The notes beneath the pieces are model-generated. The model had not been told where the DNA came from and did no database searches. It was given only the letters and a program-made list of their open reading frames with translations. From Firmicutes bacterium UBA1065 (GTDB lineage: Bacteria > Bacillota > Clostridia > Tissierellales > Sedimentibacteraceae), in the NCBI GenBank assembly GCA_002316225.1, contig DCDC01000049.1, positions 1-45,295 on the forward strand: a stretch of 45,295 nt of DNA, written 5' to 3'. A program made the position numbers and the translations under genes. This document shows, in pieces, positions 21,693 through 32,609 of the stretch. Every line of letters starts with the position of its first letter. Positions within the stretch are counted from its first letter, which is position 1.

Positions 21693-22753
21693 TATTTTGC
21701 ACCTCCTGCAATTTTCTCAATATCTGCCAGGATACTGCCCGGAGTTGGAACCATACCGCCCTGTGTACCGTTAAAATATACAGGCAGTCTTCCTGCGATG
21801 CCTATTTTTACGTCATCTATCATTTGACCAGCGCTCATCTCAACCGTGAGTATGCCCTTGGCCTTATCTCCGATTTCTTTGAACACATCATAAGGGAATG
21901 GCCACAAAGTTATGGGTCTGATCATACCAACCTTTATACCTTTTGCTTGTGCCTGCTTTATAGCAGTTTTTACTATTCTTGAGGTGGTTCCGAAAGCAAC
22001 ACAAACAACCTCTGCATCTTCCAGGCCGAATGCTTCGTAAACAACTTCATTTTCTTCCATAAGCTTATATTTTTCTATCAGATGTTTGTTGTGTTCCTGT
22101 AGCTCTTCTGCCTGCAAATACAGGGAGTTTACAACCACCGGTTTTCTCTTTCCGCCTGTACCGGTTGTCGCCCAGTCTTTAGGAGGAAGTTCCATTGGCT
22201 CGGGGTCCTTTAATTCAACAGCTTCCATAATTTGACCGATCATTCCGTCCGCGCATATAAGGACCGGATTCCTGTAATAATCAGCCTTGTCAAAAGCTAA
22301 CATGACATAATCAACTAATTCCTGTATGCTTGCCGGTGCATAGCACAGGGTTCTGTAGTCGCCGTTTCCGCCGCCTCTGGTTGCCTGAAAATAATCTGCC
22401 TGTCCCGGCTGTATGCTTCCCAGTCCCGGGCCCCCTCTCATCATATTTACTATAACACAAGGAATTTCAGCACCTGCGCAATAGGTAATTCCTTCCTGTT
22501 TCAATGATATTCCGGGGCTTGAAGACGCGGTCATAACCCTTGCTCCGGCTCCGCCTGCACCATAAACCATGTTTATAGCGGCGATTTCGCTTTCTGCCTG
22601 CAGGAATACTCCTCCGGCTTCCGGTAATGCTCTTGAAATATATTCGGGTATTTCACTGGACGGTGTTATCGGATAACCAAAGAACAATTTACAGCCTGCT
22701 TTTATGGCAGCAGCTCCGACAGCTTCATTACCTTTCATTAATACCTTTGCCAT
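21692..22753 (-). CDS. 2-oxoisovalerate-type 2-oxoacid:ferredoxin oxidoreductase alpha subunit
   Basis: [35 protein letters not shown]. Confidence 0.9.
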   Translation of the reverse strand: MAKVLMKGNEAVGAAAIKAGCKLFFGYPITPSSEIPEYISRALPEAGGVFLQAESEIAAINMVYGAGGAGARVMTASSSPGISLKQEGITYCAGAEIPCVIVNMMRGGPGLGSIQPGQADYFQATRGGGNGDYRTLCYAPASIQELVDYVMLAFDKADYYRNPVLICADGMIGQIMEAVELKDPEPMELPPKDWATTGTGGKRKPVVVNSLYLQAEELQEHNKHLIEKYKLMEENEVVYEAFGLEDAEVVCVAFGTTSRIVKTAIKQAQAKGIKVGMIRPITLWPFPYDVFKEIGDKAKGILTVEMSAGQMIDDVKIGIAGRLPVYFNGTQGGMVPTPGSILADIEKIAGGAK

Positions 22754-22766
22754 AATATAACCTCCA

Positions 22767-22982
22767 TTATAACCTTTCTACTTTTATTACTGAATCAGGA
22801 CACATAATTGCACAATTGGCGCAAGCAATGCATTTCTCCTGGTCTGTTACATGAGCCGGGCTATAGCCCTTGCTGTTTATTTTTTCCTTATTTAATTCGA
22901 TAATCTTTACCGGACAAACCGCAACGCAAAGTTCACAGCCCTTGCATGCATCGTCATTAAATGTAACCTTACCTTTTGCCAT
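22767..22982 (-). CDS. 2x[4Fe-4S] ferredoxin-like delta subunit
   Basis: CKGCELCVAVCP and CIACANCAIMCP. Confidence 0.92.
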   Translation of the reverse strand: MAKGKVTFNDDACKGCELCVAVCPVKIIELNKEKINSKGYSPAHVTDQEKCIACANCAIMCPDSVIKVERL

Positions 22983-22995
22983 TACTAATCCTCCT

Positions 22996-23670
22996 TTAAC
23001 TCATCCACTCTTCCCTCATATAAAGATTTATGGGGAACAATTTTTCCAGTATTTCTGGATTCTTTATTTTTTCAGCCGTTTCTTTTATAACAGCCTCATA
23101 TCTTATGGGAATATCTGTTTCCCAAGATACCTTTTTAGTCAGTTCATGACCGAATTCCACATCTTCTACCCTCGTGTCTTTCAACATGTGGGTGTTGTTT
23201 ACCAGGCCGGTTATTTTAAGCCTTGACGTGGCTTCAATCATCCTTAAATATTTCAGAACCCCTTCAACCGTGCTTGTTAATGGTCGGTTCCCGTTGATTA
23301 CATACAGCATATCATAATCAACTTTTTTTATCTGGTCTGAGAATCTTGACAGAACTCTGGCCCCTACCGGATCTCCCCCCACATCAAGTATGGACTTGAC
23401 ATTGGGATTTTCAATTACACCCATCAGTTCAGCAGGCAGGGCAGGCAAGTCAACAGCCGTGTTCCTTATGCTGGAATCAAATAATTTGATTCCTCTTTCT
23501 TCAAAAAAATCTCTTTTTTCCCTTGAACGAAAATATGGGTTCACTATATCTAAATCGGCAATGCTTACATTTTCATAGATTTCCTTCATTTTTACGGCAT
23601 AATTTACTGCGAACTCTGTTTTTCCGCTGCCGTAGTGGCCGATAATGATAACCAATCTCTTGTCATGCAC
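22996..23670 (-). CDS. Uncharacterised P-loop NTPase (MinD/CobQ-like)
   Basis: Walker A GHYGSGKT, DLDIVNPYFRSR, ILDVGGD; GTG start after GGAGG. Confidence 0.8.
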   Translation of the reverse strand: MHDKRLVIIIGHYGSGKTEFAVNYAVKMKEIYENVSIADLDIVNPYFRSREKRDFFEERGIKLFDSSIRNTAVDLPALPAELMGVIENPNVKSILDVGGDPVGARVLSRFSDQIKKVDYDMLYVINGNRPLTSTVEGVLKYLRMIEATSRLKITGLVNNTHMLKDTRVEDVEFGHELTKKVSWETDIPIRYEAVIKETAEKIKNPEILEKLFPINLYMREEWMS

Positions 23671-23699
23671 TAAATATCCCTCCTTTAGAATATTTGGCC

Positions 23700-24767
23700 T
23701 TATTTATAGGTTTTAGCCTCCTCAAGACCCTTTAATATTCTCAAGCCGCCTTGGGCCAAAGCTAAGAGCTCGTCCTCTCCTGGATAAACCAAAACCCTTG
23801 CTATGAATTTTACTTTGTCTTCGATCATCTTGACAAAATCTTTGTCATAGGCAATTCCGCCTGTAATTAAAATTGCGTCTACATCTCCGTCAAGGACTAC
23901 CGCATATTCACCTATTGCCTTTGCAACCTGGTAGGCCATTGCCGAATAAATGAGCTTTGCCTTCCCATCTCCTGCCTTGGCTCTGTCGCTCACTTCTTTG
24001 GCATTGTTAGTTCCCAGGTAAGCGCTTATTCCGCCTTTGCCAACAAGCATTTTATTTATTTGGGCTTCGGTATATTTGCCGCTGAAGCACATCTTAACCA
24101 GTTGGCCTGCAGGCAATGCCCCTGATCTTTCAGGTGAAAATGGTCCTTCCCCGTTAAGGGCGTTGTTAACGTCGACTACCCTTCCCTTTTTATGGGCGCC
24201 GACCGATATTCCCCCGCCTAAATGGGCAACAACAAAATTCATTTCTTCATATTTTTTACCAAACTCTTCCTGGGCAGCTCTTCTTGCAACAGCTTTTTGA
24301 TTCAGCGCATGCCATATGGAAATTCTCTCAAATTCCGGATGACCGCTTAACCTTGCTACATCATCCATTTCATCAACGACTACCGGGTCTACTATAAAGG
24401 AAGGAATATTTACTTCATCAGCTATGGAACGGGCCAATATGGCTCCCAAATTGGAGGCATGTTCTCCTCTTGCACTGGTCTTTAAATCTTCAATCAGCTT
24501 ATCATTCACCGAATAAGTGCCGCCTTCGATGGGTTTCAAGAGACCCCCTCTTCCAACAACGGCATCAAGATCCTTCAATGATATGTTATTTTCTTTTAGG
24601 GCGGCCATTATCATTTCTTTTCTGAACTGAAACTGGTCCGCAACCTTGTTGAAGGGCTGCAATTCTTCTGTTGTATGCCTTATGGTTTTTTCAAAAATCA
24701 TGGTTTCATCTTCATATACAGCAATTTTTGTCGAAGTTGAACCCGGATTTATTATCAACTGTTTCAT
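23700..24767 (-). CDS. buk: Butyrate/branched-chain carboxylate kinase
   Basis: [35 protein letters not shown]. Confidence 0.95.
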   Translation of the reverse strand: MKQLIINPGSTSTKIAVYEDETMIFEKTIRHTTEELQPFNKVADQFQFRKEMIMAALKENNISLKDLDAVVGRGGLLKPIEGGTYSVNDKLIEDLKTSARGEHASNLGAILARSIADEVNIPSFIVDPVVVDEMDDVARLSGHPEFERISIWHALNQKAVARRAAQEEFGKKYEEMNFVVAHLGGGISVGAHKKGRVVDVNNALNGEGPFSPERSGALPAGQLVKMCFSGKYTEAQINKMLVGKGGISAYLGTNNAKEVSDRAKAGDGKAKLIYSAMAYQVAKAIGEYAVVLDGDVDAILITGGIAYDKDFVKMIEDKVKFIARVLVYPGEDELLALAQGGLRILKGLEEAKTYK

Positions 24768-24778
24768 ATAAGCCTCCT

Positions 24779-25672
24779 CTAAGAACAAATTACTCCTAAC
24801 AAAATTGAATACAGTTTAGCCTCATCGGAATCCGCTCTTGAAGTAAGAACGATGGGAGCCTTGGCTCCTAAAATTATTCCTGCATTTTTTGAATCTGCCA
24901 AATAGGTTAAAGTTTTATACATCACATTGCCTGCTTCAATATTTGGCATCAATAAAATATCAGCATCCCCTGCCACTTGTCCTTTAACACCCTTGGTTGC
25001 TGCAGCTTCCTTTGAAATGGCATTATCGAGTCCAAAGGGTCCTTCGACTATGCAGCCTTTTATTTGACCCTCCTTATACATATCAACAAGTATTTGGGCA
25101 TCAAGAGTAGCCTGCATCTTATCCGTGACTTTTTCTTTGGCGCATATTACTGCCACTTTTGGATTTTCAATGTTTAATGCCCGGCATAAGGGAAGGGTGT
25201 TTTCGATTATCTGCTTTTTCTCCAAGGCAGAAGGTGCTATGTTCATTGCCGCATCAGTTATAATAAAGAGCTTATGATACTTATCCGTTTCAAAAACTGC
25301 TGCATGGCTCAGGATATTCCCTGTCCTTAGTCCTATTTCCTTATCCAGTACAGCTTTAAGTATGAGAGAAGTATCCAATAAACCTTTCATTACTATATCA
25401 GCCTGGCCGCTGCTTACCATGGATACAGCCTTTCTTGCAGCTTCAGCCTCATCCTTGGTTTCCATTATCTCAATGCCATTAAGGTCCAGATTGATTTCTT
25501 GTGATATTTCTATTATTTTTTCCTTGTTACCAATCAATATGGGAAGGCATATATTTTCTTCCATGGCAGCCTTCAAAGCTTTTAAGACGTCCTCGTCCTG
25601 GGCAGCTGCAACCGCTATTTTCTTTGGCTTTGTGTTTTTGGCCAACTTCATTAAATTGTCGAATTTACTCAT
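24779..25672 (-). CDS. ptb: Phosphate butyryl/branched-chain acyltransferase
   Basis: [33 protein letters not shown]. Confidence 0.92.
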   Translation of the reverse strand: MSKFDNLMKLAKNTKPKKIAVAAAQDEDVLKALKAAMEENICLPILIGNKEKIIEISQEINLDLNGIEIMETKDEAEAARKAVSMVSSGQADIVMKGLLDTSLILKAVLDKEIGLRTGNILSHAAVFETDKYHKLFIITDAAMNIAPSALEKKQIIENTLPLCRALNIENPKVAVICAKEKVTDKMQATLDAQILVDMYKEGQIKGCIVEGPFGLDNAISKEAAATKGVKGQVAGDADILLMPNIEAGNVMYKTLTYLADSKNAGIILGAKAPIVLTSRADSDEAKLYSILLGVICS

Positions 25673-25699
25673 ATTTTCATATCACCCCAAGATATTTGT

Positions 25700-25716
25700 T
25701 GCAACAAACGTGCCAA
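25700..25716 (-). promoter_or_regulatory. sigma54 -24/-12 promoter of ptb operon
   Basis: Minus strand TTGGCAC-GTTTG-TTGCA, exact TGGCAC-N5-TTGC consensus, ~28 nt upstream of ptb. Confidence 0.9.
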
Positions 25717-25722
25717 GAAAAT

Positions 25723-25754
25723 AAAAAAACAATCATTGAAATTTCAACGATTGT
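25723..25754 (-). terminator. Terminator after sigma54 activator gene
   Basis: ACAATCATTGAA-AT-TTCAACGATTGT stem with A7 run. Confidence 0.65.
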
Positions 25755-25784
25755 AATATGCATAATTTCCCAGTCTATTGACCA

Positions 25785-25842
25785 TGAATTTTTTTGCATG
25801 CAAGATATTTCAAGAAAACAATAATTCCTGCAATATTTTGCA
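25785..25842. promoter_or_regulatory. Upstream activating sequences (TGCA-N6-TGCA)
   Basis: TGCAATATTTTGCA (25829-25842), TGCAAGATATTTCA (25799-25812), TGAATTTTTTTGCA (25785-25798). Confidence 0.6.
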
Positions 25843-25844
25843 TT

Positions 25845-27227
25845 TTATGATATGCCGTATTTTTCCATCTTGTAATATAAAGATCTTATGGATATGCCTA
25901 ATTCCTTGGCTGTGCGTGTTTTATTCTTATTGAATTTCATATAAATTTTTTTAATATATTCAGCTTCGGTTTTCTCTAAAACACTTTCCAGGGTGTCTGC
26001 TCCCTCATCAATTTTTACCGCAACTTCGGTATTTTGCTTCTTTTTGTTTAAATGAGGCAAATGAATTGTATCGATGACCTTTTCGTTTATGTTCATATAA
26101 ATTATGGCTCGGCCTATGGTATTTTCCAATTCCCTTACATTTCCCGGCCAGTCGTGGTCCTGCAAAATTTTTAAGGCTTCATCCGTAATGTCAACAATAT
26201 TCCTTCCGTATTCATCATTGAACTTTGCAATGAAGTTTTTGACCAGCAAAGGAATATCTTCCTTCCTCTCCCGAAGGGGAGGTATAAATATTGGAAGTAT
26301 GCTCAGCCTGTAAAAGAGGTCTTCCCGGAATTTACCTTCTTTAACGGCCTTTGATAAATCTGTGTTGGTAGCGGCAATTACCCTGACATCAACAGGTATG
26401 TTCTTGTTGCTGCCGACCCGCATTATTTCTTTTTCCTGAAGAACCCTTAAAAGCTTTGCCTGGGTATTTAAGCTTATTTCGGATATTTCATCAAGAAAGA
26501 TGGTACCCTTGTTTGCCTCCTCAAAAAGGCCCTTCTTGCCTCCCTTCAGGGCTCCGGTGAAGGACCCCTCGTCGTATCCGAAGAGCTCGCTTTCAAGCAG
26601 GGAATCAGACAGGGCGGCGCAATTTACCCTGACAAAGTTTTTGTGTGAGCGAGGGCTTTGAGCATGAATGGAATTAGCAAACAACTCCTTTCCCGTACCG
26701 CTTTCTCCCCTTAAGAGTACCGTAGCAGGCACCTTGGCAGCCTTTTCTATGAGCTTTCTCACTTCATTTATGGCTTTCGACTTGCCTATTATGTCTTCAG
26801 GCTTATACTTATAGGTAAGCTGCCTCAGCTTTTTTTCAGCTTCCTCTAATTTGTCAGTCAAGTCCTTTATGGTGGAGATATCGTGAAGGACCGCAACGCT
26901 GCCCTTCATTTGGCCATTGACGATTATGGGTGCTGCCTGGGCTACAACGGTCTTGCCGCTGGGTTTTAATTTAAGTTTGGTGTTTTCCACGGGTTTTCTG
27001 GTTGAAAGCACTTTCATATGGACGCTTTCTTCCCCTTCTTCAATGTCATAATAAGCATTTTTGCCTATAATTTCATCGTACTCTATGCCCGTTATCTTGG
27101 TATAGGCAGGATTTACCAATATATGCTCTCCCTTTTCATCCACTACGCTTATGGCATCCTGGGTAGCAAGAAAGACCGCTTCCAACAAACCTTGATAATC
27201 TATACTGTTAAAACTGATCTTCACCAT
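25845..27227 (-). CDS. PAS-domain sigma54-dependent activator (BkdR-like)
   Basis: PAS N-terminus, GESGTGKE, GSFTGA loop, FLDEI, WPGNVREL, C-terminal HTH. Confidence 0.92.
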   Translation of the reverse strand: MVKISFNSIDYQGLLEAVFLATQDAISVVDEKGEHILVNPAYTKITGIEYDEIIGKNAYYDIEEGEESVHMKVLSTRKPVENTKLKLKPSGKTVVAQAAPIIVNGQMKGSVAVLHDISTIKDLTDKLEEAEKKLRQLTYKYKPEDIIGKSKAINEVRKLIEKAAKVPATVLLRGESGTGKELFANSIHAQSPRSHKNFVRVNCAALSDSLLESELFGYDEGSFTGALKGGKKGLFEEANKGTIFLDEISEISLNTQAKLLRVLQEKEIMRVGSNKNIPVDVRVIAATNTDLSKAVKEGKFREDLFYRLSILPIFIPPLRERKEDIPLLVKNFIAKFNDEYGRNIVDITDEALKILQDHDWPGNVRELENTIGRAIIYMNINEKVIDTIHLPHLNKKKQNTEVAVKIDEGADTLESVLEKTEAEYIKKIYMKFNKNKTRTAKELGISIRSLYYKMEKYGIS

Positions 27228-27230
27228 TTT

Positions 27231-28469
27231 TCATTCCTCTCTCTGAGGTCTTTCGGCTGCTTCCACAATCTCCAGGGTCACACTTTCCTTACTGATTGTT
27301 ATTTCCTTGAAGGAAAATTCCGAAACACATTGGAGTTCAACCCTGTTTATGCCGGGAACCGCTTCCGCCAGATCCAGGGTCAATATCAAATCGTCCTTTT
27401 CAAGTCCATTAACCAAGGTTGAAGTTCCTACAACCCTTACTATGATTTTATCTTCTCCTTCTTCAAATTTCACATCAACATCATCACTCTTGTTGATGAA
27501 CTGAATATCATCATAGGTGAACTCAAATTCTCTTTCTATTATTTTTTCAACCACGGCGTTTACAACCGGCTTGGAAGCCATGTCCAGCAAGATCAATCCT
27601 TCTGCATTCAATATGTTTCTTACCGATAAAATATTGTTGTAGGCCCCCGTTATATCCAGTTCTTCCAGGGTAAGCTCCTTAATGGTATCCAAAACATCCT
27701 GGTCTGCCGCTATCCTTACCCTTTCCGGTTTGACCGTTACATCAACCAGTTCATATCCCTCCTCGGGAAGACCGACAATTTGAGGCTTCAATTCCACGTA
27801 TTTGGTTGGATATATGGGAACCGTAACTTTAACGTTTCCTATGGGAGCGGACAGGAATATTTCAGTGTCCGTATCATCGTAAATTCTTACGGGTACGGTT
27901 TTAACCACATCATCAACGGCACCGTTTATATTTATTGTAGCTATAGCTTTACTAGCTGAATTTACAACGCTTCTAGGTCCCGTTATCTTTACTGAGGAAG
28001 GGCTGAAGACTGTTTGCCCCCTGTAATAGTTGTTGGCATGAACACCTTCGAACTGAACCGAAACATCCATTACCTTGGATATTACTCCTTCTATGTTACA
28101 GGCTATTTGCTGGGGATATACACTCACTATGTCTACGCCGCTGGGCCCGACAACCTCCACCTTTGCGTTAGTAACTCCTTCTTTAAAGCCTAATACATCT
28201 ATATAGGCGGTAAAATCCCTGCTCGAAATGCTGTTTAATTGTTCCGTCAACCCTGTTGCTTTTATGGTCACGGTAATATTGTCCTTGTCCGGACTCATAA
28301 GTACCAAATTTGAATTTTCCAGGGCAGGCAGGTTTCTGACGCTTACGGCTACATTTGGATATGACTGCTCAAGGGTTTGATTGGTAACAAGCATTACGGT
28401 CATCCACAGGACGATGGAAACTATGAGGCAGGTGATCTGAATGACTAATTTATCGTTTTTTATCTTCAT
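27231..28469 (-). CDS. cdaR: YbbR-domain regulator of diadenylate cyclase
   Basis: One N-terminal TM, repeated beta-rich YbbR-like units (PSSVKITGP); overlaps cdaA end. Confidence 0.85.
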   Translation of the reverse strand: MKIKNDKLVIQITCLIVSIVLWMTVMLVTNQTLEQSYPNVAVSVRNLPALENSNLVLMSPDKDNITVTIKATGLTEQLNSISSRDFTAYIDVLGFKEGVTNAKVEVVGPSGVDIVSVYPQQIACNIEGVISKVMDVSVQFEGVHANNYYRGQTVFSPSSVKITGPRSVVNSASKAIATININGAVDDVVKTVPVRIYDDTDTEIFLSAPIGNVKVTVPIYPTKYVELKPQIVGLPEEGYELVDVTVKPERVRIAADQDVLDTIKELTLEELDITGAYNNILSVRNILNAEGLILLDMASKPVVNAVVEKIIEREFEFTYDDIQFINKSDDVDVKFEEGEDKIIVRVVGTSTLVNGLEKDDLILTLDLAEAVPGINRVELQCVSEFSFKEITISKESVTLEIVEAAERPQREE

Positions 28470-29289
28470 ATCTGTTTCTCCACTTATCTAAAATACTCAT
28501 CTTTTCATTTTCTATATAAATATCCGACAAAACGGCCTGAAGTTCCTCGCTTTGTATATTCCTGTACAGCCTTCCTTCCACGGCATAGGAAATATATCCT
28601 GTTTCTTCGGATACTATCAAAGCTATAGAATCGGATCTCTCAGTCATTCCGATGGCAGCCCTGTGCCTTGTCCCTATATCTTTGCTGAGGAGGTTGTTTT
28701 CAGTGAGAGGCAGGAAACATCCTGCTGCTTTTATGGTATAATCCTTGATTATTACTGCTCCGTCATGGAGAGGAGTGTTGGGGATGAAAATATTTATGAG
28801 CAGACCGCTTGAAATGTTTGCATTTAATAGGGTTCCGCTTTCAATTATGTCATTGAGACCTATTTGCTTTTCAAATATTATTAAGGCGCCTATTCTTTGC
28901 CTTGAGAGGGAGGTTATGGCAGATGTGATTTCTTTAATGATTTCCCTTGAAGTTTCATTGGTTTTTTCAAGGGTAGACAGGGAGAAGGAGGTTCTTCCCA
29001 AGTATTCCAAGGCTTTTCTGATTTCAGGCTGAAAAACTATAACCAGGGCTATTAATCCAACCTGGAAGGTATTGCTTAGAATGAATTCCACCATATACAG
29101 ATCAAATATGCTTGATATGGGAATCAGGGCAACCAGGAGCACAATACCCTTAACAAGTTGTTTTGCCCTCATATCTCTTATGAGAAGGTATCCCCGGTAA
29201 AGAACATAGTAAACAATACCTATGTCTACAAAGGTATTTAAACCCACATTAGAGATTATTAACCTGATACGATTCATAATATCATACAT
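28450..29289 (-). CDS. cdaA: Diadenylate cyclase
   Basis: 3 TMs, FQPEIR, PLHDGA, GTRHRAA, VSEETG; start could be 29289-29307. Confidence 0.95.
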   Translation of the reverse strand: MYDIMNRIRLIISNVGLNTFVDIGIVYYVLYRGYLLIRDMRAKQLVKGIVLLVALIPISSIFDLYMVEFILSNTFQVGLIALVIVFQPEIRKALEYLGRTSFSLSTLEKTNETSREIIKEITSAITSLSRQRIGALIIFEKQIGLNDIIESGTLLNANISSGLLINIFIPNTPLHDGAVIIKDYTIKAAGCFLPLTENNLLSKDIGTRHRAAIGMTERSDSIALIVSEETGYISYAVEGRLYRNIQSEELQAVLSDIYIENEKMSILDKWRNRYEDKKR

Positions 29290-29303
29290 AAACATCCCCC
29301 ATA

Positions 29304-30566
29304 TCATTCACTGTTCATCTGGGCCATTGTATCCGCATATGACCTGTTCATTCTTGCCTTTGAATCTTCATCCAATTCCGCGCTTTCAATGTAATCCATA
29401 ATGGGATAAACCACATGCTCGGCTGCTCCGTTTTCCTTAAAACCCTTGTAAACCCACAAGGGTATATAATTTATGTTTTTAATCGATACTTCTTTTGTAT
29501 CGCCCTTCTTTTCTATAACAATATCTATGATAATTCCATCTTCGGTATACTTTGATACGTGCTCGGTCAAGCCGTATGGTACCAGGGTTTCAACCCTTTG
29601 GTTCGATAAAAAATTACCCATTGAGTAAGCCACAAATTTTGTTTCTCCGTCATATTCCAGGGTCTGGGTCGGTTGTATAACATGGGGATGGCTGCCGAAT
29701 ATTATATCGACTCCTGCCTTAAAAAGTTTATCGGCCAATATTTCCTGTCTTTCCGCCTGTACTCTTGAATACTCGTCTCCCCAATGCAAGACCGCTATAA
29801 TAACATCGGCATCGTTATTTTTGGCATATTCGATGTCTTCCATCATTTTTGCCTCGTTGAAAATATTGACCATTGCATCCAAATCCTCCGGACTGAGGAC
29901 GGATTCAAGACCGTTTACCATTTCCGTATATGCTAAAAAGGCAAGTCTTATGCCTTTGACATCCTTAATCAAAACCCTTGTTTCAGGCTTTTCCTTGAAG
30001 GTTCCCAGAGGCTCCATTCCCCTGATTTTAATTTGCTCTATTGTCCTTATAACTCCTGCTTTCCTTGTGTCAAGGCAATGATTGTTTGCGGTGGCTAATA
30101 TATCAAATCCTGCATTTTTGATGGCATCCAAAGCCTCATCGGGAGCATTGAACAAGGGATAGCCCTGATAGGCGTACACTTTGTCACCTGCCGTAGTTCC
30201 TTCGAAATTGGCAATAGCTATATCCGCTTGCTGGATAATATCTTTTATGGCTTTAAAACTGTTGTTAAAATTATAGGTCTTGGTTTCAGGATCATATGCT
30301 CCGTCTAATTGTGAGGGATGAAACATTATGTCTCCCGTTGCCATGATTCTCACGGTTGTATCCGGCTCTTTTTCATCCTGCTCAGATGGCAGGTTTGAAG
30401 TTTCTTCTGTGATTTCTTCTCCCGGTTCTTCAGGGACCGGTCCATTTTTTCCTTCTTTTCCAAAACCGTTCACAACAAAAGATACTGCCAAAACTCCAAG
30501 CAGAATTATGAATGACCATGACATCAGGATTATTCTTTTTTTACGTCGTCTATTTTTTCTGTACAT
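29304..30566 (-). CDS. CapA (PGA_cap) family membrane-anchored metallophosphoesterase-fold protein
   Basis: N-terminal TM, GDIM, ANFEG, ANNHCLD, LHWGDEY, GSHPHV, YSMGNF. Confidence 0.9.
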   Translation of the reverse strand: MYRKNRRRKKRIILMSWSFIILLGVLAVSFVVNGFGKEGKNGPVPEEPGEEITEETSNLPSEQDEKEPDTTVRIMATGDIMFHPSQLDGAYDPETKTYNFNNSFKAIKDIIQQADIAIANFEGTTAGDKVYAYQGYPLFNAPDEALDAIKNAGFDILATANNHCLDTRKAGVIRTIEQIKIRGMEPLGTFKEKPETRVLIKDVKGIRLAFLAYTEMVNGLESVLSPEDLDAMVNIFNEAKMMEDIEYAKNNDADVIIAVLHWGDEYSRVQAERQEILADKLFKAGVDIIFGSHPHVIQPTQTLEYDGETKFVAYSMGNFLSNQRVETLVPYGLTEHVSKYTEDGIIIDIVIEKKGDTKEVSIKNINYIPLWVYKGFKENGAAEHVVYPIMDYIESAELDEDSKARMNRSYADTMAQMNSE

Positions 30567-30595
30567 TTGCTACCTCTTCTATAAATTACAATATA

Positions 30596-30624
30596 ATTCT
30601 ATCTTACCATGAAAGATTTTGCAA
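30596..30624 (-). promoter_or_regulatory. sigmaA promoter of capA-like/cdaA/cdaR unit
   Basis: Minus strand TTGCAA-17 nt-TAGAAT. Confidence 0.5.
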
Positions 30625-30641
30625 GAAATTAAATTATTAAA

Positions 30642-32429
30642 TTACTTTTTCGGTTTTATCAAAGCTTTGGTACCGTATCCGATTAAATCATACCTCTTCT
30701 CTTTTTTCAGGGCTTTTAAAACCAAGTCATAATTTTCTTTTTTATTGTACTGCAAAAGGGCTCTCTGCATTTTTTTCTCTTCTTCATCCCTTGGAACATA
30801 CACTTCTTCCTTAGTTAAAGGATTAATCCCCGTATAATACATGCAGGTTGACAGGGTTCCGGGTGTCGGATAAAAATCCTGAACCTGCTCAGGTATATGT
30901 CCCATATCCCTGATATATTCTGCCAATTCTATGGCGTCCTTCAAACGGGACCCGGGATGGGATGATATGAAATAAGGCACTATATATTGGTCTTTTTTTA
31001 ACTTTTTGTTTATTTCATTAAATTTTTCCACAAACTTATTGTAGGTCTTTATGGAAGGCTTGCCCATGAGTTTCAAAACCCTGTCGGAAACATGCTCGGG
31101 GGCTGTTCTAAGCTGCCCGCTCACGTGGTACTTGCACAAGTCTTCCAAGAATTCATCATTATTATCATATATTACATAATCATATCTTATGCCTGAACGT
31201 ATAAAAACTTTTTTGATACCTTCGGTCTTCCTGATTTTTCTTAATAATTCCACATAATCCCTGTGGTCTGCCTGCAAGTTTTCACACTTTTCCGGCCCCA
31301 GGCACTCCTTGTTTACGCAGGCTCCATACTTATCCTGCTTCTTGCATGCCTTAATCCTGAAATTGGCGGTAGGTCCTCCCACATCGTGAATATAGCCTTT
31401 AAAGTCCTTGTTTTTCTTCATCTTCTCAACTTCATTCAATATGGACTCATGACTTCTTTTTTGTATTATTCTTCCCTGGTGAAAATTAAGGGAGCAAAAA
31501 CTGCAGCCTCCAAAGCAGCCCCTGGTGCTTGTAATGCTGAATTTAACTTCATTCAGGGCAGGTACGCCCGCATCCTTGTACATGGGATGGTAATCTATCA
31601 TGAAATTAAGGTCATATATGTCATCAAGCTCCTGGTCTGACAGGGGTTCCATGGGAGGATTCTGAACCACATAGATCGTATCGTACTGCTCCACCAAGGT
31701 CCTTCCGCTTTTGGAGTCGGTGTTTTGATATTGTATTTTAAAGCTTTCGGCAAATTTTTTCCTGGATGATACAACTTCCTTGAAGGTCGGCAGGAATATG
31801 GGATCATAGGGGCGGTCCTTGTCCTTCGTTTTATAGACTGTTCCTCTTATAAAAGTAATCTCTTCTATGGGTATGCCTGCATCCAGGGCTTCCGCTATCT
31901 CAACCAGGGTCTTTTCTCCCATGCCGTAAACCAACAAGTCGGCACCCGAATCCAATAAAACAGACCTTCTTACACTGTCGCTCCAATAGTCGTAATGGCT
32001 CAATCTTCTCAAGCTTGCTTCAATTCCCCCGATTATTACGGGCACATTCTTGTATGCCTCCCTGATGCGATTTGAATATACGGTGACAGCCCTGTCCGGT
32101 CTTAAGCCTGCTTTACCTCCGGGAGAGTAAGCGTCTGTATGTCTCTTTCTCTTAAAGCTTGTGTAATGGTTAACCATTGAATCTATATTTCCGGAATTTA
32201 CAAGAAAGGCCAGGCGGGGTTTCCCCAAAACCTTGAAAGAAGATAATTCCTTCCAGTCCGGCTGGGCTATAATTCCGACCTTGTAACCAAATCTCTCCAG
32301 TACCCTTGACAAGAGAGCGGCAGCAAATGAAGAATGGTCAACATATGCATCTCCTGTAACAAATACAAAGTCGCACTCATCCCAGCCTCTTTTTTTCAGA
32401 TCTTCTTTATTAACAGGCAAAAAATCCAT
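30642..32429 (-). CDS. YgiQ (UPF0313) family radical SAM protein
   Basis: [42 protein letters not shown]. Confidence 0.93.
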   Translation of the reverse strand: MDFLPVNKEDLKKRGWDECDFVFVTGDAYVDHSSFAAALLSRVLERFGYKVGIIAQPDWKELSSFKVLGKPRLAFLVNSGNIDSMVNHYTSFKRKRHTDAYSPGGKAGLRPDRAVTVYSNRIREAYKNVPVIIGGIEASLRRLSHYDYWSDSVRRSVLLDSGADLLVYGMGEKTLVEIAEALDAGIPIEEITFIRGTVYKTKDKDRPYDPIFLPTFKEVVSSRKKFAESFKIQYQNTDSKSGRTLVEQYDTIYVVQNPPMEPLSDQELDDIYDLNFMIDYHPMYKDAGVPALNEVKFSITSTRGCFGGCSFCSLNFHQGRIIQKRSHESILNEVEKMKKNKDFKGYIHDVGGPTANFRIKACKKQDKYGACVNKECLGPEKCENLQADHRDYVELLRKIRKTEGIKKVFIRSGIRYDYVIYDNNDEFLEDLCKYHVSGQLRTAPEHVSDRVLKLMGKPSIKTYNKFVEKFNEINKKLKKDQYIVPYFISSHPGSRLKDAIELAEYIRDMGHIPEQVQDFYPTPGTLSTCMYYTGINPLTKEEVYVPRDEEEKKMQRALLQYNKKENYDLVLKALKKEKRYDLIGYGTKALIKPKK

Positions 32430-32532
32430 ATTACCTCCATATAAGTTAATATTGTTTATTATACCATCCGGGATGTATTTAAAACAAGAATAAAGCTGAA
32501 GAATATAACAAAGCTGTAATATAGGCCCGATA

Positions 32533-32573
32533 ACATGAAGTGGTTTACATAAATTTATTTATGTAAACCACTT
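32533..32573. repeat. Palindromic dif-like/REP-like site, left copy
   Basis: AAGTGGTTTACATAAAT-TT-ATTTATGTAAACCACTT; 32533-32568 matches 39645-39680 at 35/36. Confidence 0.85.
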
Positions 32574-32609
32574 TCTTGCTTACTTTCATATTCATCTTAT
32601 CTTAAGTAC

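Noticed and set aside
32492-32518. AAAGCTGAA...AAAGCTGTA as a third response-regulator box upstream of ygiQ
   Set aside because: Period is 18 nt rather than 11, and the spacing to the -10 differs.
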